A stretch of 64,000 nucleotides of DNA from an uncultured delta proteobacterium (GTDB lineage: Bacteria; Desulfobacterota; Binatia; Binatales; Binataceae). Positions 40,238-51,527 of the stretch are shown here, in pieces (the first letter of the stretch is position 1; each line of letters starts with the position of its first letter). Where the stretch lies: contig CAWJET010000001.1 in NCBI GenBank assembly GCA_963842085.1, positions 96,001 through 160,000 of the forward strand. The letters run 5' to 3'. Made by a program: the position numbers and the translations under genes. The notes beneath the pieces are model-generated. The model saw only the letters and a list, made by a program, of their open reading frames with translations, did no database searches and was not told the DNA's origin.

Positions 40238-40900
40238 GATTAAGTGAATTTCTGCACTCTCGCTAGCTGCGCATGTCAGCGCGGTCTGCATCGACTCGGC
40301 CAGGGATACTGGGCGCAAATTGCGATAGGGCTAGTCATCCATACGATCGCTCTCGCCCTTCTTCGCGCCATAAACCAATATCCACTAGGCCATTGTTACC
40401 CGCGACTTATGCCGATTGCGCATGAGGACACCTATATCTTGACTCTATGCCACAATGTTGAAAGCTCTAACACTGCTGCTACTCATCAAGCTCTATCTAT
40501 GGCGGCGAAGCTGACAGCCTTCACGTTCACTCGCTTACTGATAGAACTTCGCACCCTTCCAGTTCTAGTTCTCTTTTTTTTCCCGGTTCCTGACCGCTGT
40601 CATCGAAACTTAATCGGCTCGATCGCACCTACTGCTTGACCTAAGCGCGCACCGGTGCGATAAGCCAGATTGTAGCATTGGCCAACAGTTTGTTTTTCAC
40701 CTTGGCGGGGACCAATGGGGGAGCAAGTTCACTGATGGTCACCTCCCTTTCTTGCTTTCATTTTGCCGAAAGTCGCGCGGCGCCGCATCCGAATCATACT
40801 CACCTGCATGGTAGGAGACCCCGGAGGAATCCTGGCTATGACAAGACGCTTAACTAGGGCGTTCGTCCAGGATGTTTTCTAAACAACATGGAGGAGTGAG

Positions 40901-41662
40901 ATGAGAACACTAACGGCAGGCGCCTTGGCGCTTGGCTTGATTGCGATTGCGGCCTCGGCAGCTCGCGCGGATACCTATGCCTGCGTAAACAATAGCTCAG
41001 GCGAAGTGAAGATTGTCCCGAGCTGCACTGTCGGGACTAATGCGAGCCCATGCCACCACAACGATACTTGCGACCTGATTTTCGCCTCGGGCACGATTCT
41101 ACAGCGACTGGCCGCGGACTTTCAGAATGACACCAGTCTAGGCGGCGAAGAGGTTGAAACGACCGCAACTCCAGCTGCTGGCGGTTTACTGGTATATTCG
41201 AAAACGCTCTCGATCCCGTTTGGCGTCGCCTACATTACGTTCTCCGCTCAAGGTGATGTGCACAACGGGTCGGCCATGCTGATGCAGGCCTCCGTCACCG
41301 ATTCATTGGGTAATGAAACGGTCTGCCAGCCATTGGCTGGGCAAACCGGCATCGGCGGCGGCGGACCGCACCTGTTCCCGGGATGGTACACTCTGCTGCA
41401 CCTGCCGCAACCGGGCACTGACACGGGCAACTGTAACGACGGTGGCGGGGGCACGGCAGACTGCCATGACAACAACATCATGTTCTCGTGCTGCTCTCAG
41501 ATAACGCCTGATACCGCGGCGACCACCCATACGGTCAAGATCAGACTTGCTGACCTGCCCGGAGGTGACCCCAACGTCGCCTTTTACGAAAGGTCGACTA
41601 TCTACATAGATGGGTCGCCGAATCCTGGCGGCAATCTTTGCACGGGAGTTGGACTTCCCTGA
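40901..41662 (+). CDS. Secreted Cys/Gly/Thr-rich hypothetical protein
   Basis: GGAGG RBS; signal peptide ending ARA-D; about 10 Cys. Confidence 0.75.
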   Translation: MRTLTAGALALGLIAIAASAARADTYACVNNSSGEVKIVPSCTVGTNASPCHHNDTCDLIFASGTILQRLAADFQNDTSLGGEEVETTATPAAGGLLVYSKTLSIPFGVAYITFSAQGDVHNGSAMLMQASVTDSLGNETVCQPLAGQTGIGGGGPHLFPGWYTLLHLPQPGTDTGNCNDGGGGTADCHDNNIMFSCCSQITPDTAATTHTVKIRLADLPGGDPNVAFYERSTIYIDGSPNPGGNLCTGVGLP

Positions 41663-41829
41663 CGAGTTGCTCTGATTGAAGCAGGCTCCACCGATTTCGG
41701 GCGTGAGCGCGCCGTGGCGGAAATCCCGCCGCGGCGCGCTTTCTTCCGGCGACCCGCAACGACCGCCGTGCGCACTCACATACAGAGAGTCGCGCGCACG
41801 AACTTCTGCTGCTGAACTCTCCAAGCCCC

Positions 41830-43158
41830 TTACGCCGACTGCGCATGCGCGCGCGGGCGTATCGACTCGGCCAGGTCGGCGGCAAACCTGCGCGCGTCTT
41901 CGGGCGGCAGGGTCGATATCGTCACGCGGATTCCGGGGGCGCTTTTGATTCGGTAACACTCGCCGGCGCGAATCGCCCATCCTTTCGCCGCCATCGCGTT
42001 CGTCACCGCCGCTTCTTCCGCAACGGGTACCCACACGTTCAGACCCGAGCGCCCGCGCGCCTCGATTCCGTGCGCCGCCAGCGCTTCGATCAGCGCGCGC
42101 CGCCGATGCGCGTAAGTATCGGCCGCGCGTTGCAACAGCGCCGGCGTCTCCGCATCCGCCCACATCATCGCGACGAGATCCTGCAGGATATGACTGACCC
42201 ATCGCGGGCCAAGACTCTGGCGCCCCTGCACGCGCGCGACCGTCAGCGCGTCACCCGCAACCACGCTCACCCGCAAATCGGGGCCGAGCGACTTCGACAC
42301 CGACCGCACCGTCGCCCAATGCTCGCGGCCCGCCGACAATGTGATCGCAGACGCACCCGACACCGGACCGGCATGGTCGTCCTCGATCAGCACGACATCC
42401 GGAAACGCGGCGAGCACGTGCCGCAACTCGGCCGCGCGCTTTCGATCGAGCGCGGCGCCGCTGGGATTCTGCGCACGCGGCGTCAGTATGAATGCCTTCG
42501 CGCCCAGCTTGAGCGCGCGCATCAAATCCGCAGCCAGCGGCCCCGAGTCATCGATCGCAACCGGCTCCGCCACCAGCGCCAGCGCCGCGACCAGGTCCAG
42601 CACGCCGGTGTAGCTCGGGTCTTCGACCGCGACGATGTCGCCCGGCCGCAAATGCGCCTGCAGCACGCGTTCGACCGCGTCGAGCGCGCCGCTGACAACC
42701 GCAATCGAATCCGCCACGACCGCGTCGCTCTTGAATTGCCGCGCAGCGAGTTTCACCAGTGCGGCGCGATTCTCGGCGTCGCCGTATCTGCCGGGGATTC
42801 CATCGAGCCGCGCGAGATACGGCTTCAGCCGCGGGAGCATCGCCGGGTCCGGCCCGCCGTCGGCCAGATTGCGCAGCCCCGGCGCCGGCGGCGGGAAGAC
42901 CGCCCGCGTCAGCAGCGGCGGCCGGCGATTGACTACTGTCCCGCGACGCCCCGCGCCGTGCACCAATCCGCGCACGCGCAGTGCGTTGTAGGCCGCCGCG
43001 ACGGTGGTTGGGCTGACGCCCAGCCGCGCCGCCAGCGCGCGCACCGTTGGCAGCCGCTCGCCGGCGCGCAGCCGACCGCTGCGAATTCCGTTTTCGATGC
43101 TGGCGGCGATCTGGTTGCCTGAGTCTCCGCGGATTTGATATTGTACCGATACGTTCAT
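41830..43158 (-). CDS. MocR/GabR family regulator (GntR HTH plus PLP aminotransferase domain)
   Basis: GERLPTVRALAARLGVSPTTVAAAY; VEDPSY, AQNPSG, EDDH, SVSKSLGPDLR. Confidence 0.92.
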   Translation of the reverse strand: MNVSVQYQIRGDSGNQIAASIENGIRSGRLRAGERLPTVRALAARLGVSPTTVAAAYNALRVRGLVHGAGRRGTVVNRRPPLLTRAVFPPPAPGLRNLADGGPDPAMLPRLKPYLARLDGIPGRYGDAENRAALVKLAARQFKSDAVVADSIAVVSGALDAVERVLQAHLRPGDIVAVEDPSYTGVLDLVAALALVAEPVAIDDSGPLAADLMRALKLGAKAFILTPRAQNPSGAALDRKRAAELRHVLAAFPDVVLIEDDHAGPVSGASAITLSAGREHWATVRSVSKSLGPDLRVSVVAGDALTVARVQGRQSLGPRWVSHILQDLVAMMWADAETPALLQRAADTYAHRRRALIEALAAHGIEARGRSGLNVWVPVAEEAAVTNAMAAKGWAIRAGECYRIKSAPGIRVTISTLPPEDARRFAADLAESIRPRAHAQSA

Positions 43159-43159
43159 A

Positions 43160-43174
43160 GTTACGTACTGTAAC
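43160..43174. promoter_or_regulatory. Inverted repeat GTTAC-N5-GTAAC, candidate MocR operator
   Basis: Lies in the 31-bp gap between divergent genes. Confidence 0.35.
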
Positions 43175-43189
43175 AAAAGGGCGAGGCAG

Positions 43190-43918
43190 ATGGAAGAGAC
43201 AACGAGACGGTCAGTGCAGGCGGACAGGTTGGATTCACTGAAAAACGCGATCGCGCCAACCGCCCGCACCCGCGTCAAGCGTCTGCCCAAGCGCGCCTCC
43301 TACGACCGCGATGCGATTTACTCCGTCCTCGATACGGCGCTGGTATGCCACGTTGGTTTCGTCATCGGCGGCCAACCCTACGTGATACCCACGCTTCACG
43401 TTCGTATCGCCGACCGGCTCTATATTCACGGCTCGGCTGCGAGCCGGATGCTGGGCGCCGCGGCCGAGGGAACGCCGATCGCCGTCACGGTGACGCATAT
43501 CGACGGCCTGGTGCTGGCGCGCTCCGCGTTCCATCACTCGGTCAATTACCGTTCCGTCGTGATTCTGGGCGCGGCTACTCTGGTGGCTGAGCCGGCGGAG
43601 AAGTTCGCCGTGATGAAGGGGCTGATCGATCACGTCGCGCCCGGCCGCTGGGATCATATTCGGCATCCCAGCGAAAAGGAGCTGGCTGCCACGTCGGTTC
43701 TGTCGATTCCGATCGTGGAGGCGTCGGCCAAGCTCCGCAGCGGCGGCCCGCTCGACGACGAAGCAGACTACGCGCTGCCGGTTTGGGCGGGACAGATTCC
43801 GTTTGCGATGAAAGCGATGGCGCCGGTCGCCGCTGCGCGTCTGGATGCGTCGATTCCGATTCCCGCGCACGTGACCGAGTACGCGTTGCCCTTGAATCGA
43901 GGAGCAAGAGTCACATGA
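43190..43918 (+). CDS. Pyridoxamine 5'-phosphate oxidase-like flavin-nucleotide-binding protein
   Basis: RASYD, CHVGF, LYIHGSAASR, DGLVLARSAFHHSVNYRS, VWAG. Confidence 0.9.
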   Translation: MEETTRRSVQADRLDSLKNAIAPTARTRVKRLPKRASYDRDAIYSVLDTALVCHVGFVIGGQPYVIPTLHVRIADRLYIHGSAASRMLGAAAEGTPIAVTVTHIDGLVLARSAFHHSVNYRSVVILGAATLVAEPAEKFAVMKGLIDHVAPGRWDHIRHPSEKELAATSVLSIPIVEASAKLRSGGPLDDEADYALPVWAGQIPFAMKAMAPVAAARLDASIPIPAHVTEYALPLNRGARVT

Positions 43919-44370
43919 CAGCGATGGTGGTGATGGAGATGGGCAGATTTCTGATCAGCACGGATCGGTCGAAGCTCGACGTCGACGTGATTCACAGGTT
44001 TCTCGCGCGCTCGTACTGGGCGGCTGGAATCCCACGCGCGACGGTCGCTCGATCGATCGAAAATTCGTTGTGCTTCGGCGTTTACGACAATGCCCGCCAG
44101 ATCGGTTTCGCGCGCGCGATCTCCGACTTCGCGACGTACGCGTACATCGCCGACATCTTCATCCTCGAGCCCTACCGCGAACGCGGGTTGGGCAAGGAGT
44201 TGATTGCCTCGATCATGGCGCATCCGGATCTGCAGGGGCTGCGGCGGTGGAGTCTCGGCACGCGCGACGCGCAAGGGCTATATGCGCAGTTCGGCTTCAA
44301 GCCGGTCGCCAACACGCGGGCGCGCACGGTCATGGAAATCGTGGACCCCGGGATCTATTCGCGTTCTTGA
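43915..44370 (+). CDS. GNAT N-acetyltransferase
   Basis: ISTDRSKLD, SYWA, GFARAISD, YRERGLGK, LYAQFGF. Confidence 0.9.
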   Translation: MTAMVVMEMGRFLISTDRSKLDVDVIHRFLARSYWAAGIPRATVARSIENSLCFGVYDNARQIGFARAISDFATYAYIADIFILEPYRERGLGKELIASIMAHPDLQGLRRWSLGTRDAQGLYAQFGFKPVANTRARTVMEIVDPGIYSRS

Positions 44371-44484
44371 ACGGCCCGCATCGACGTTCTATATAACAAG
44401 TGTTAGGGACCGCAGCCGCCGGCTGACGCTCGTCGTGGGCGCGGCAACGGTGCGCATCAGGCGATCCTCACGCGGGAGGCACTA

Positions 44485-45678
44485 ATGGATTTCAAGTTCA
44501 GCGCCGAAGACGAGGCGTTTCGCCAGGAGTTTCGCAGTTGGCTCAAGGCCAACCTGCCCAAGGCAGGAAAGGGCGAGGACGACGGCGACTTCATGCGCGA
44601 AAGCAGCGCGGACGACTGGAAGCGGCGGCTCGAGTGGCACAAGAAGATGCACGCGGGCGGCTGGGTCGGAATAAGCTGGCCCAAGGAGTACGGCGGACGC
44701 GGCGCCACGCTCACGCAGCAGATCATCTACAACGAGGAGCTCTCGAAAGTTAACTCGCCGATGCTGGTCAACGGACTGGGCATCATGCTGGTCGGTCCGA
44801 CGATCATTCATTGGGGCACCGAGGAGCAGAAGAAGAAGCACATTCCGAAAATTCTTTCGGCAGACGAACTGTGGTGCCAGGGATACTCCGAGCCCGGCGC
44901 CGGCTCCGACGTGGCCAGCCTGCAGACGCGCGCCGTCGAGGAAGGCGACTACTTTATCGTCAACGGCCAGAAGGTGTGGACCTCGGACGCGCATCACGCG
45001 GACATGTGTATCCTGCTGGTGCGCACCGATCCCGACGCGCCCAAGCACAAGGGAATCAGCTATATCCTGGTCGACATGCACAGTCCCGGCGTGACCGTGC
45101 GCCCGCTGGTGCAGATCACGGGCGACGCGAATTTCAACGAGGTCTTCTTCGAGGACGTGAAGGTGCCGAAGAAGAACCTGATCGGCGAGAAGAACCAGGG
45201 ATGGCAGGTCGCGATCACCACGCTGATGTTCGAGCGGTCGGGAATCGGCGGCGGCCGCGACATGATGGGCCAGGTCCGGGAGCTGGTCGAGCTGGCCAAG
45301 ACCGTCCGCAGCAACGGGCACACGGCGTGGGAGGACACCAGCGTGCGCCAGAAGCTCGGAGGTTTTGCGTGCGAGGCGGCGGCGTTGCGCTACACGGGCT
45401 TTCGGCAACTGACGCGTAGGCTCAAGGGCCTGCCGCCGGGGCCCGAGGGCTCCGTGCTCAAGCTATGCACCAGCGAACTCAATTTGCGCATGAACAAATT
45501 CGCGATGGAGATGCTGGGGCCGTACAGCCAGATGGAATTCAAGGCGCCGCATGCGCTGGACAAGGGCAAGTGGTCGTACCGGATGCTCGCATCGCGGGCG
45601 CTGACGATCGCGGGCGGCACCAGCGAAATCCAGCACAACATTATCGGCGAGCGCGTGCTCGGATTGCCCAAGGGCTAG
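44485..45678 (+). CDS. Acyl-CoA dehydrogenase (paralog of 1408..2598)
   Basis: WCQGYSEPGAGSD, FNEVFF, TIAGGTSEIQHNII. Confidence 0.95.
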   Translation: MDFKFSAEDEAFRQEFRSWLKANLPKAGKGEDDGDFMRESSADDWKRRLEWHKKMHAGGWVGISWPKEYGGRGATLTQQIIYNEELSKVNSPMLVNGLGIMLVGPTIIHWGTEEQKKKHIPKILSADELWCQGYSEPGAGSDVASLQTRAVEEGDYFIVNGQKVWTSDAHHADMCILLVRTDPDAPKHKGISYILVDMHSPGVTVRPLVQITGDANFNEVFFEDVKVPKKNLIGEKNQGWQVAITTLMFERSGIGGGRDMMGQVRELVELAKTVRSNGHTAWEDTSVRQKLGGFACEAAALRYTGFRQLTRRLKGLPPGPEGSVLKLCTSELNLRMNKFAMEMLGPYSQMEFKAPHALDKGKWSYRMLASRALTIAGGTSEIQHNIIGERVLGLPKG

Positions 45679-45702
45679 CCATTTTCAACTGAGCAATCGA
45701 CG

Positions 45703-45737
45703 AAGGGCGGCCCCGCGGCGGGTCGCCTTTTTTTTTT
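45703..45737 (+). terminator. Rho-independent terminator
   Basis: AAGGGCGGCCC-loop-GGGTCGCCTTT hairpin followed by a long T run. Confidence 0.85.
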
Positions 45738-45756
45738 GCGATGCAAGGAGACGGAC

Positions 45757-46273
45757 ATGGATGGCAAACTGGTCAGGTTGAGAGCTTACGAAAAATCCGA
45801 TCTCGACGCCGTGATGAAATGGGTCAACGACGAGGAAGTCACCGATTTGCTCGGCGGTGCAATGCTCACCTATCCGGTGTCGTCAAGCGCGGAGGAAAAG
45901 TTCATCGAAGCAGCCGCCGGTTCTTCGGAGAAGCAGAAGAACTTCGTGATCGAGACGCTCGCGGACCGACGGTACATCGGTACGATTTCGTTCAACGTGA
46001 TCGACTGGCTCAATCGCAGCGCCGGCCTGGGAATCGTGATCGGCGACAAGTCATTGTGGGGCAAAGGCTACGGCACCGACGCGGCTCGGCTTCGACAAGA
46101 TGAACCTGCATCGCCTATGGCTGCACGTTCACGAATACAACCAGCGCGCGATCGCGTCGTACGAAAAATTCACGCGCGAAGGAGTGCTGCGCCAGGAGCA
46201 TTTCAGGCGCGGCTGTTATCACGACACGATCGTGATGGGGATTCTCGAAAGCGAGTATCGCGCCATCGCGTAG
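45757..46273 (+). pseudogene. RimJ/RimL-type GNAT acetyltransferase, frameshifted near 46085
   Basis: WGKGYGTDA then frame switch to LGFDKMNLHRLWLHVHEYNQRAIASYEK-FTREGVLR...MGILESEY. Confidence 0.8.
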
Positions 46274-46282
46274 CGCGCATAA

Positions 46283-49200
46283 CTACTGGCCGGTTCCCGT
46301 TAGGTTCACGGTTCGCGGCCCGCTCGAGCCGTTGTTGTTGATCGTGAGGAGGCCCTGTCGCAGTCCGACTGCGGTTGGAGCGAAGACGACGGCGTATTTG
46401 CATTTCTTTTTTGGTTTCAAGCTACCGCCACAGACCTTCGACAGCGCGAAGTCGCCGCTCACCTGCGCACCTATCAGCAAAATCGAGACGTTGCCGGAGT
46501 TGTGCGCGGTTATTTTCTTGGCCTTGCTCCGCCTTCCCAGCTTCGCGGTAAAACTCGCAGCGGTTGGCGAAACAACCAGCGACGCCGCCACGGTCGGCAT
46601 CGGCGTCGGCGTGAATGTTGCGGTTGCGGTGGGCGTAGCGGTCGCCGTCGGAGTGGATGTCGGCGTCGCCGATGCGACCGGGGTGCGAACCGCGGTGGCC
46701 GTCGCGGACGCTGTCGCCGTCACCGTGGCGGTGGCCGTAGCGGTCGCTGTCCGCGATGCGGTTGCGGTGGCCGTCGCGGTAGGCGTCGCGCTTGCGGTGG
46801 CGGTGACGGTGGCAGTCGCCGTCGGCGACGGCGTGCCCGTACCGGTCGCGGTGGTAGTTGCAGTCGCGGTACGTGTTGACGATGCGGTCGCGGACGCCGT
46901 GGCGGTAAGCGTAGCGCTCGGCGTCGCGCTCGCGGTGGGCGACGCGGTGCGGGTGGCAGTGGCCGTGATTGACGGGTCCGGCGTTGGAGTTGTGGTTGCG
47001 GAGCCCGTGGCGGAGGCGTCGGCGACGGCGTCACGCCCGGCGAGCCCTCGCCCGACAACTCGAATATCCCGCGCCCGTGGGTTGCGGCGAAGACGACCCC
47101 GCTCAGATTTTGCTCGATATCGAAAACCCCGACCGCCGGAACCGTCCCGAGGTTGAACGGAGCCCACGTCGTTCCGCCGTCGGTCGTTCTGAAAATGCCA
47201 ATGTCGGTCGCGGCCAGCACGGTGTTCGCCGTCGGGTCATTGCGATCGACCAGCAGTCGCAGAACTGGAACGTCGGGCAGCGCATTCGCGGGCGGCGGAC
47301 TCAGGAGATCCGGATTGCCGTCGGCCTGGATCCACGAGCCGCCGAAGTCCGTCGTCACGAAAACGTGACCCATGCCGGTCGCAGCGGTGAACCCCGAAAG
47401 GCTTAGCCAGGCGACGCTGGAATCGAACGGGTCGATCGCGATTCCGGTCGCCTGCGTGGAATCCGGAAACACTATTGGCGGCAGTTGTGCGGTCTCGTCG
47501 ATCCAGTGCGCACCTTCGGGCTGGCCGGGGTTGACCTGGATATCGGCCTGGTCGGTGGTGAAGATTTTGAAGGGCGTTGGACGAAAGGTGGTGCTGGTCT
47601 CCATCGAGAGCGCGTACGCCCTGGTAGGGTCCGAAGGCGCGATCTCGAGGTCCTCGAGCGCGCACGCGCCGCTGTTGCATCCGCCGGTCAAATCCTGGGT
47701 CGTTTGCGGCGCCCATGTCGCCATCCCGTCGTTCGACACGTAAACCGAATGCGCGCCGAACAACACGCGCTGGGCGACGGCCGGATCGCTCGCGAGCGGC
47801 GGGAAATAAGCCGCACCGCGATCGCCCGCCGCCGTCATCGCGGCCTGCAGCGCGGCGCTCGAAGAGGCGGAGCTGAAGGTGGCTCCGCCGTCGGTCGAGC
47901 GCGCGACCCATGGACCGGCCGCGGTGGTCGCGAACGTATGATAGGCGAACAGCGGATTGAGCGTGTCGAAAAGCGCGAATCCACCGTCGAGGTTGTCCAC
48001 CTCGGTCCAGCTCGACGCCGGCGGCTGCGCAGCGTTGTAGCGCGCCGTGCCATTGTCCTGAAAGCCGGCGATCGCCACGGTGCTGTCCGTCGGATGAGGT
48101 CCGACAGACTGGGCCTGGGCAGCGCTGATGCTCGCGTTGAGCGTCGCCCAGCCCTGCGTGCCCGCGTCGAAGCGATAGAGTCCGCCGTCGTTGCCGAGGT
48201 AGAAGCTGTGCGCGCTTGTGGGATCGAACGCGATCGCGTGCTGGTCCGAATGCGTTCCACCGCTCGGCGCTGGCGATGTCCAGGTGGTGCCGCCGTTGGT
48301 CGAGCGGTAGATGCCGACGCCGCCAAACACGACGGTCGCGCCGGTCGCGTAGCGTCGGCCGGATCGATCGCCAGCGCCTGGTCGAAGAATGACAGCGAGA
48401 AGTTGCTCGCGCTGGATCCGTCGATAGTTACGCCGCCGACCGTCGCGCTCGGCACCGACGCCTTGGTCCAGGTGACGCCGTCGTTGGCGGAATCCCGCGA
48501 GCTCCATGCCGTCCGCCGCCCCGACCATCGCGTAGGCAACCCCGCCCGCGGCAGCCACGCTCGCGCGGCCGACGCCGCCAGTCAGGTTGGGCAGGCTCGC
48601 TTGCGTCCAACTGAATCCGGAATTCGACGAGCGGAACACGCCGACGCCGAGAATCGAAACCAGCACGGCGGTCGGTGACGCGGGATCGATCGCCACCGAC
48701 TCTGCCGGACATGGATCGTTGGTGAAATACGGGCAGGCGCCGAAGGTCCCCGCCGGATACGAAATCCAGGACGCGCCGCCGTCGCCCGAGCGCCACAGGC
48801 CGTTTTGACTGAAATCGCCCTCGACCCACGACGCGTCCGCCCGGTTCGCGCTCGAGCCGTAGGTCACCGCGGCGTAGATTGTTCGCGGCGTTTGCGTGGT
48901 ATCGACCGCGAGCGAGGCGATCGACGCGTGCGCGAATTCGCTGGCGCCAAGTTGCGTCCAGGTGACGCCAAGATCGCTCGAAACGAACACTCCCTCGCCA
49001 TAGTACGCGTCGGCCGATCCGTTGCCTTCGCCGCTGCCGACATAGAGCGTTGGATTTGGACTGGTGGTCGTATCGAGCGCAAGCGCGCCGACCGACAGCG
49101 TGGGCCCCGGATCGAATATCGGTACGAACGCCGCCGTCCCATTGGCACGCATCCACACTCCGCCGTCGCCCGTGCCGACGAACATCCGTCCGCTCACGGT

Positions 49201-49638
49201 CGGGTCTGTGACTGCTGCGGTGACTCGTCCCGTCACGCCGGCCAGCGCAGTCCCGATCGCAACTCCGCCAAAAGTCGGAATCTCATTAGTCAACGGCAGA
49301 GGACCAAGCGCACTCCACGCAAATGAACCTCCCGCTTGGGTCGAAGCAGTCGTGTCGACGCCGGCACCTGCAACTGCATTGCGCTCCTGCCGGCGCATCT
49401 GTGCGATCGCCGTGTGATACGCACCAGCCGGCACTCCAAAGTTCAGACCGCGCTTGCTCACGAAGAATGCCTCGCGCGCCACACGCTCGCGCGCGTGCAG
49501 CGCTCCGATCGAGTTGCGGTCATCGCGCGCTGATCGCGACGTCGCGCGCTGCGGGAAGGACAGAATTACCCCGAGCCCGGCAGCGATCAGCAAGCCGCCG
49601 GCGGCGACGAAAATCAATGGCGAGACACCCCTGGGCAA
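46283..49638 (-). pseudogene. Large secreted beta-propeller (BNR/Asp-box) protein with Thr/Ala/Pro linker and C-terminal Ig-like (ASH-type) domain; three frameshifts
   Basis: Repeated SxDGGxTW boxes; TATA-type linker; C-terminal GDFALSKVCGGSL...C...VFAPTAVG...VNLTGTG; frame switches near 48490, 48351 and 47017. Confidence 0.75.
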
Positions 49639-49848
49639 AGCGAAGACCCCCCTTCGGCCTGCATCCAGTAGTCACTCTACTCCTACATTATATACGAACC
49701 AATTATGTAATGAGTATCTAATCGATTATCTATTTAGTATTGATTGGGTCTATCTGAGTATTCGTTCGCCTACGCTAGGCAGCACTTGGCCCTGCCGCTG
49801 TACGCGGAATGGTCTGGATGCTCGACGAATGAATCTGGGCTACGGCGG

Positions 49849-50760
49849 TCAGGCTGCGGCGATTCGGAAGCCAATCTTCGGGAAGTGATTCACAATCCTG
49901 CCCAGTTCCGGCACGTCGCGTTCGATTGCGATCTCGTGAATCGTGCTGACAACCACTCTTCCGGTCACCGGATCGAAGGCGTAGTCGTCCGGCATCACCG
50001 AGACGCGAGTCCCGGCCCTGAGTCCGTTTGGATCGCGCTCGTCGACGTTCTCGTCAGTGGCGGGAGTGCTGTCCTGCGCCACCTTCAGAGCTTCGTCGGG
50101 ATCCATCGGGCGCACGTCGCCGTAACCCATCGCGTCGATTCGCTCGAACCAGCGCATCAGGTGCGAAAACTTTTGCGCGAGGCCAAACGCGGTCGGTTCC
50201 ATGCGCAGGAACCATACCGGATGAAAACAGGCGGCGTCGGCCAGGCTGAACGAATCGCCCAACAGAAAAGGCCGGCTCGCGAGTTGGCGATCGAGAATTT
50301 CAAGGAGCGCGCGCAACTGGTTTCGAGAATCAGGGGCGCTGCGCGCAATCTCGCCGAAGTTCGCGCCCGGCATCATCTTTGAACGATCCTCGATGAATTC
50401 CTTGGGCACCATCGCGGCGAGTTTCTCGAAAATCACGGGCGTCGTGGACCAGAACAGCCGGCGGTCGGCCCATTGATTCATCGTGTCGGCGGCCGCGGTG
50501 AGTCCTTGGGGATAAATCGCCGGCGCGGGTTTCAGCTCGTCGATTTTCCTAACGATGATTCCGGTGTCGCACCATACGTCGGCGCCGATTTGGAGCACCG
50601 GGATGCGCCGATAGCCGCCCGTGAGCGGCACCAGCTTGGGCTTCGGCATGATCACCGGCTGCTCGACCGAGCGCCAGCTCATTTTCTTGTGCGCGAAGAT
50701 CTTGCGGATTTTCTCGGAGAACGGCGAGGTCGGATATTGATGCAGAATTATTTCGTCCAC
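49849..50760 (-). CDS. Glutathione S-transferase family protein
   Basis: SPFSEKIR, LTGGYRRIPVLQIGAD..CDT, SLADAA, HFPKIGF. Confidence 0.92.
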   Translation of the reverse strand: MDEIILHQYPTSPFSEKIRKIFAHKKMSWRSVEQPVIMPKPKLVPLTGGYRRIPVLQIGADVWCDTGIIVRKIDELKPAPAIYPQGLTAAADTMNQWADRRLFWSTTPVIFEKLAAMVPKEFIEDRSKMMPGANFGEIARSAPDSRNQLRALLEILDRQLASRPFLLGDSFSLADAACFHPVWFLRMEPTAFGLAQKFSHLMRWFERIDAMGYGDVRPMDPDEALKVAQDSTPATDENVDERDPNGLRAGTRVSVMPDDYAFDPVTGRVVVSTIHEIAIERDVPELGRIVNHFPKIGFRIAAA

Positions 50761-50852
50761 GACAGCCTCCGGCGAAACCGATTTGCGGGAACGATCCTCT
50801 TCTTAGCGCATTGAATTTTCGCTCGCTACCCGAAAACTGATAGGTTCGCGCC

Positions 50853-51506
50853 ATGTACGGCCATCACGAATTCGATTTGTACGAAGCAATCTACACCACC
50901 CGCTCGATGCGGCGGCTGAAGCCCGATCCGGTCAAGCCGGATCTGATCGTCAAGGTGATCGAGGCGGCTACGATGGGTCCCAGCGGGCATAATCGGCAGC
51001 CGTGGTTTTTCATCGTCGTCACCGAGCGCGAGGCGAAAAATTTCATCGCGGAACGTTACGCCAGGGCGTGGGACGCCATCTTCACGCCGGCCGAACGCGA
51101 AGTTGTAGCCAACGATCCGGGCAGCCAGCGCGGGCGAAATTTGCGGTCGGCAAAGTACCTCGCCGAGCATATCGCCGACGTGCCCGTGATGATCTTCGCG
51201 TGCGTGAAAAGATACACCGATCGCGCGCGCGCCGGGCAGCCGATGTGGGGCGCGATTTACCCGGCGATTCAGAATCTGTGCCTGGCGGCGCGCGGCTACG
51301 GACTGGGCACCTCGATCACCGGGATGCATTCGATGTTCGCCAGGGAAATCGACGCGATGCTCGGCGTGCCGCCCGAATATGCCAACGTGATCCTGATTCC
51401 GATGGGTTACCCGAAGGGACGATGGGCGCGCCCCGATCGCAAGCCGGCGCTGCAGGTAACGTTCTGGGAGAAATGGGGCAGCAGGCGCGAGAGTGTGCGC
51501 GATTGA
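50853..51506 (+). CDS. Nitroreductase family protein
   Basis: RSMRRLKPDPV, PSGHNRQPW, QNLCLAARGYGLG, PMGYP. Confidence 0.92.
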   Translation: MYGHHEFDLYEAIYTTRSMRRLKPDPVKPDLIVKVIEAATMGPSGHNRQPWFFIVVTEREAKNFIAERYARAWDAIFTPAEREVVANDPGSQRGRNLRSAKYLAEHIADVPVMIFACVKRYTDRARAGQPMWGAIYPAIQNLCLAARGYGLGTSITGMHSMFAREIDAMLGVPPEYANVILIPMGYPKGRWARPDRKPALQVTFWEKWGSRRESVRD

Positions 51507-51527
51507 ATCGAGCGGCGCGCGGCGGCC

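Noticed and set aside
40244-40639. 131-aa ORF in the AT-richer gap
   Set aside because: No RBS, atypical codon usage and no motif.
46570-47030. Low-complexity GCGGT/ACCGC repeats and the Val/Ala-rich ORF 46332..47156 (+)
   Set aside because: These encode the Thr/Ala/Pro linker on the minus strand; the plus ORF is its antisense shadow.
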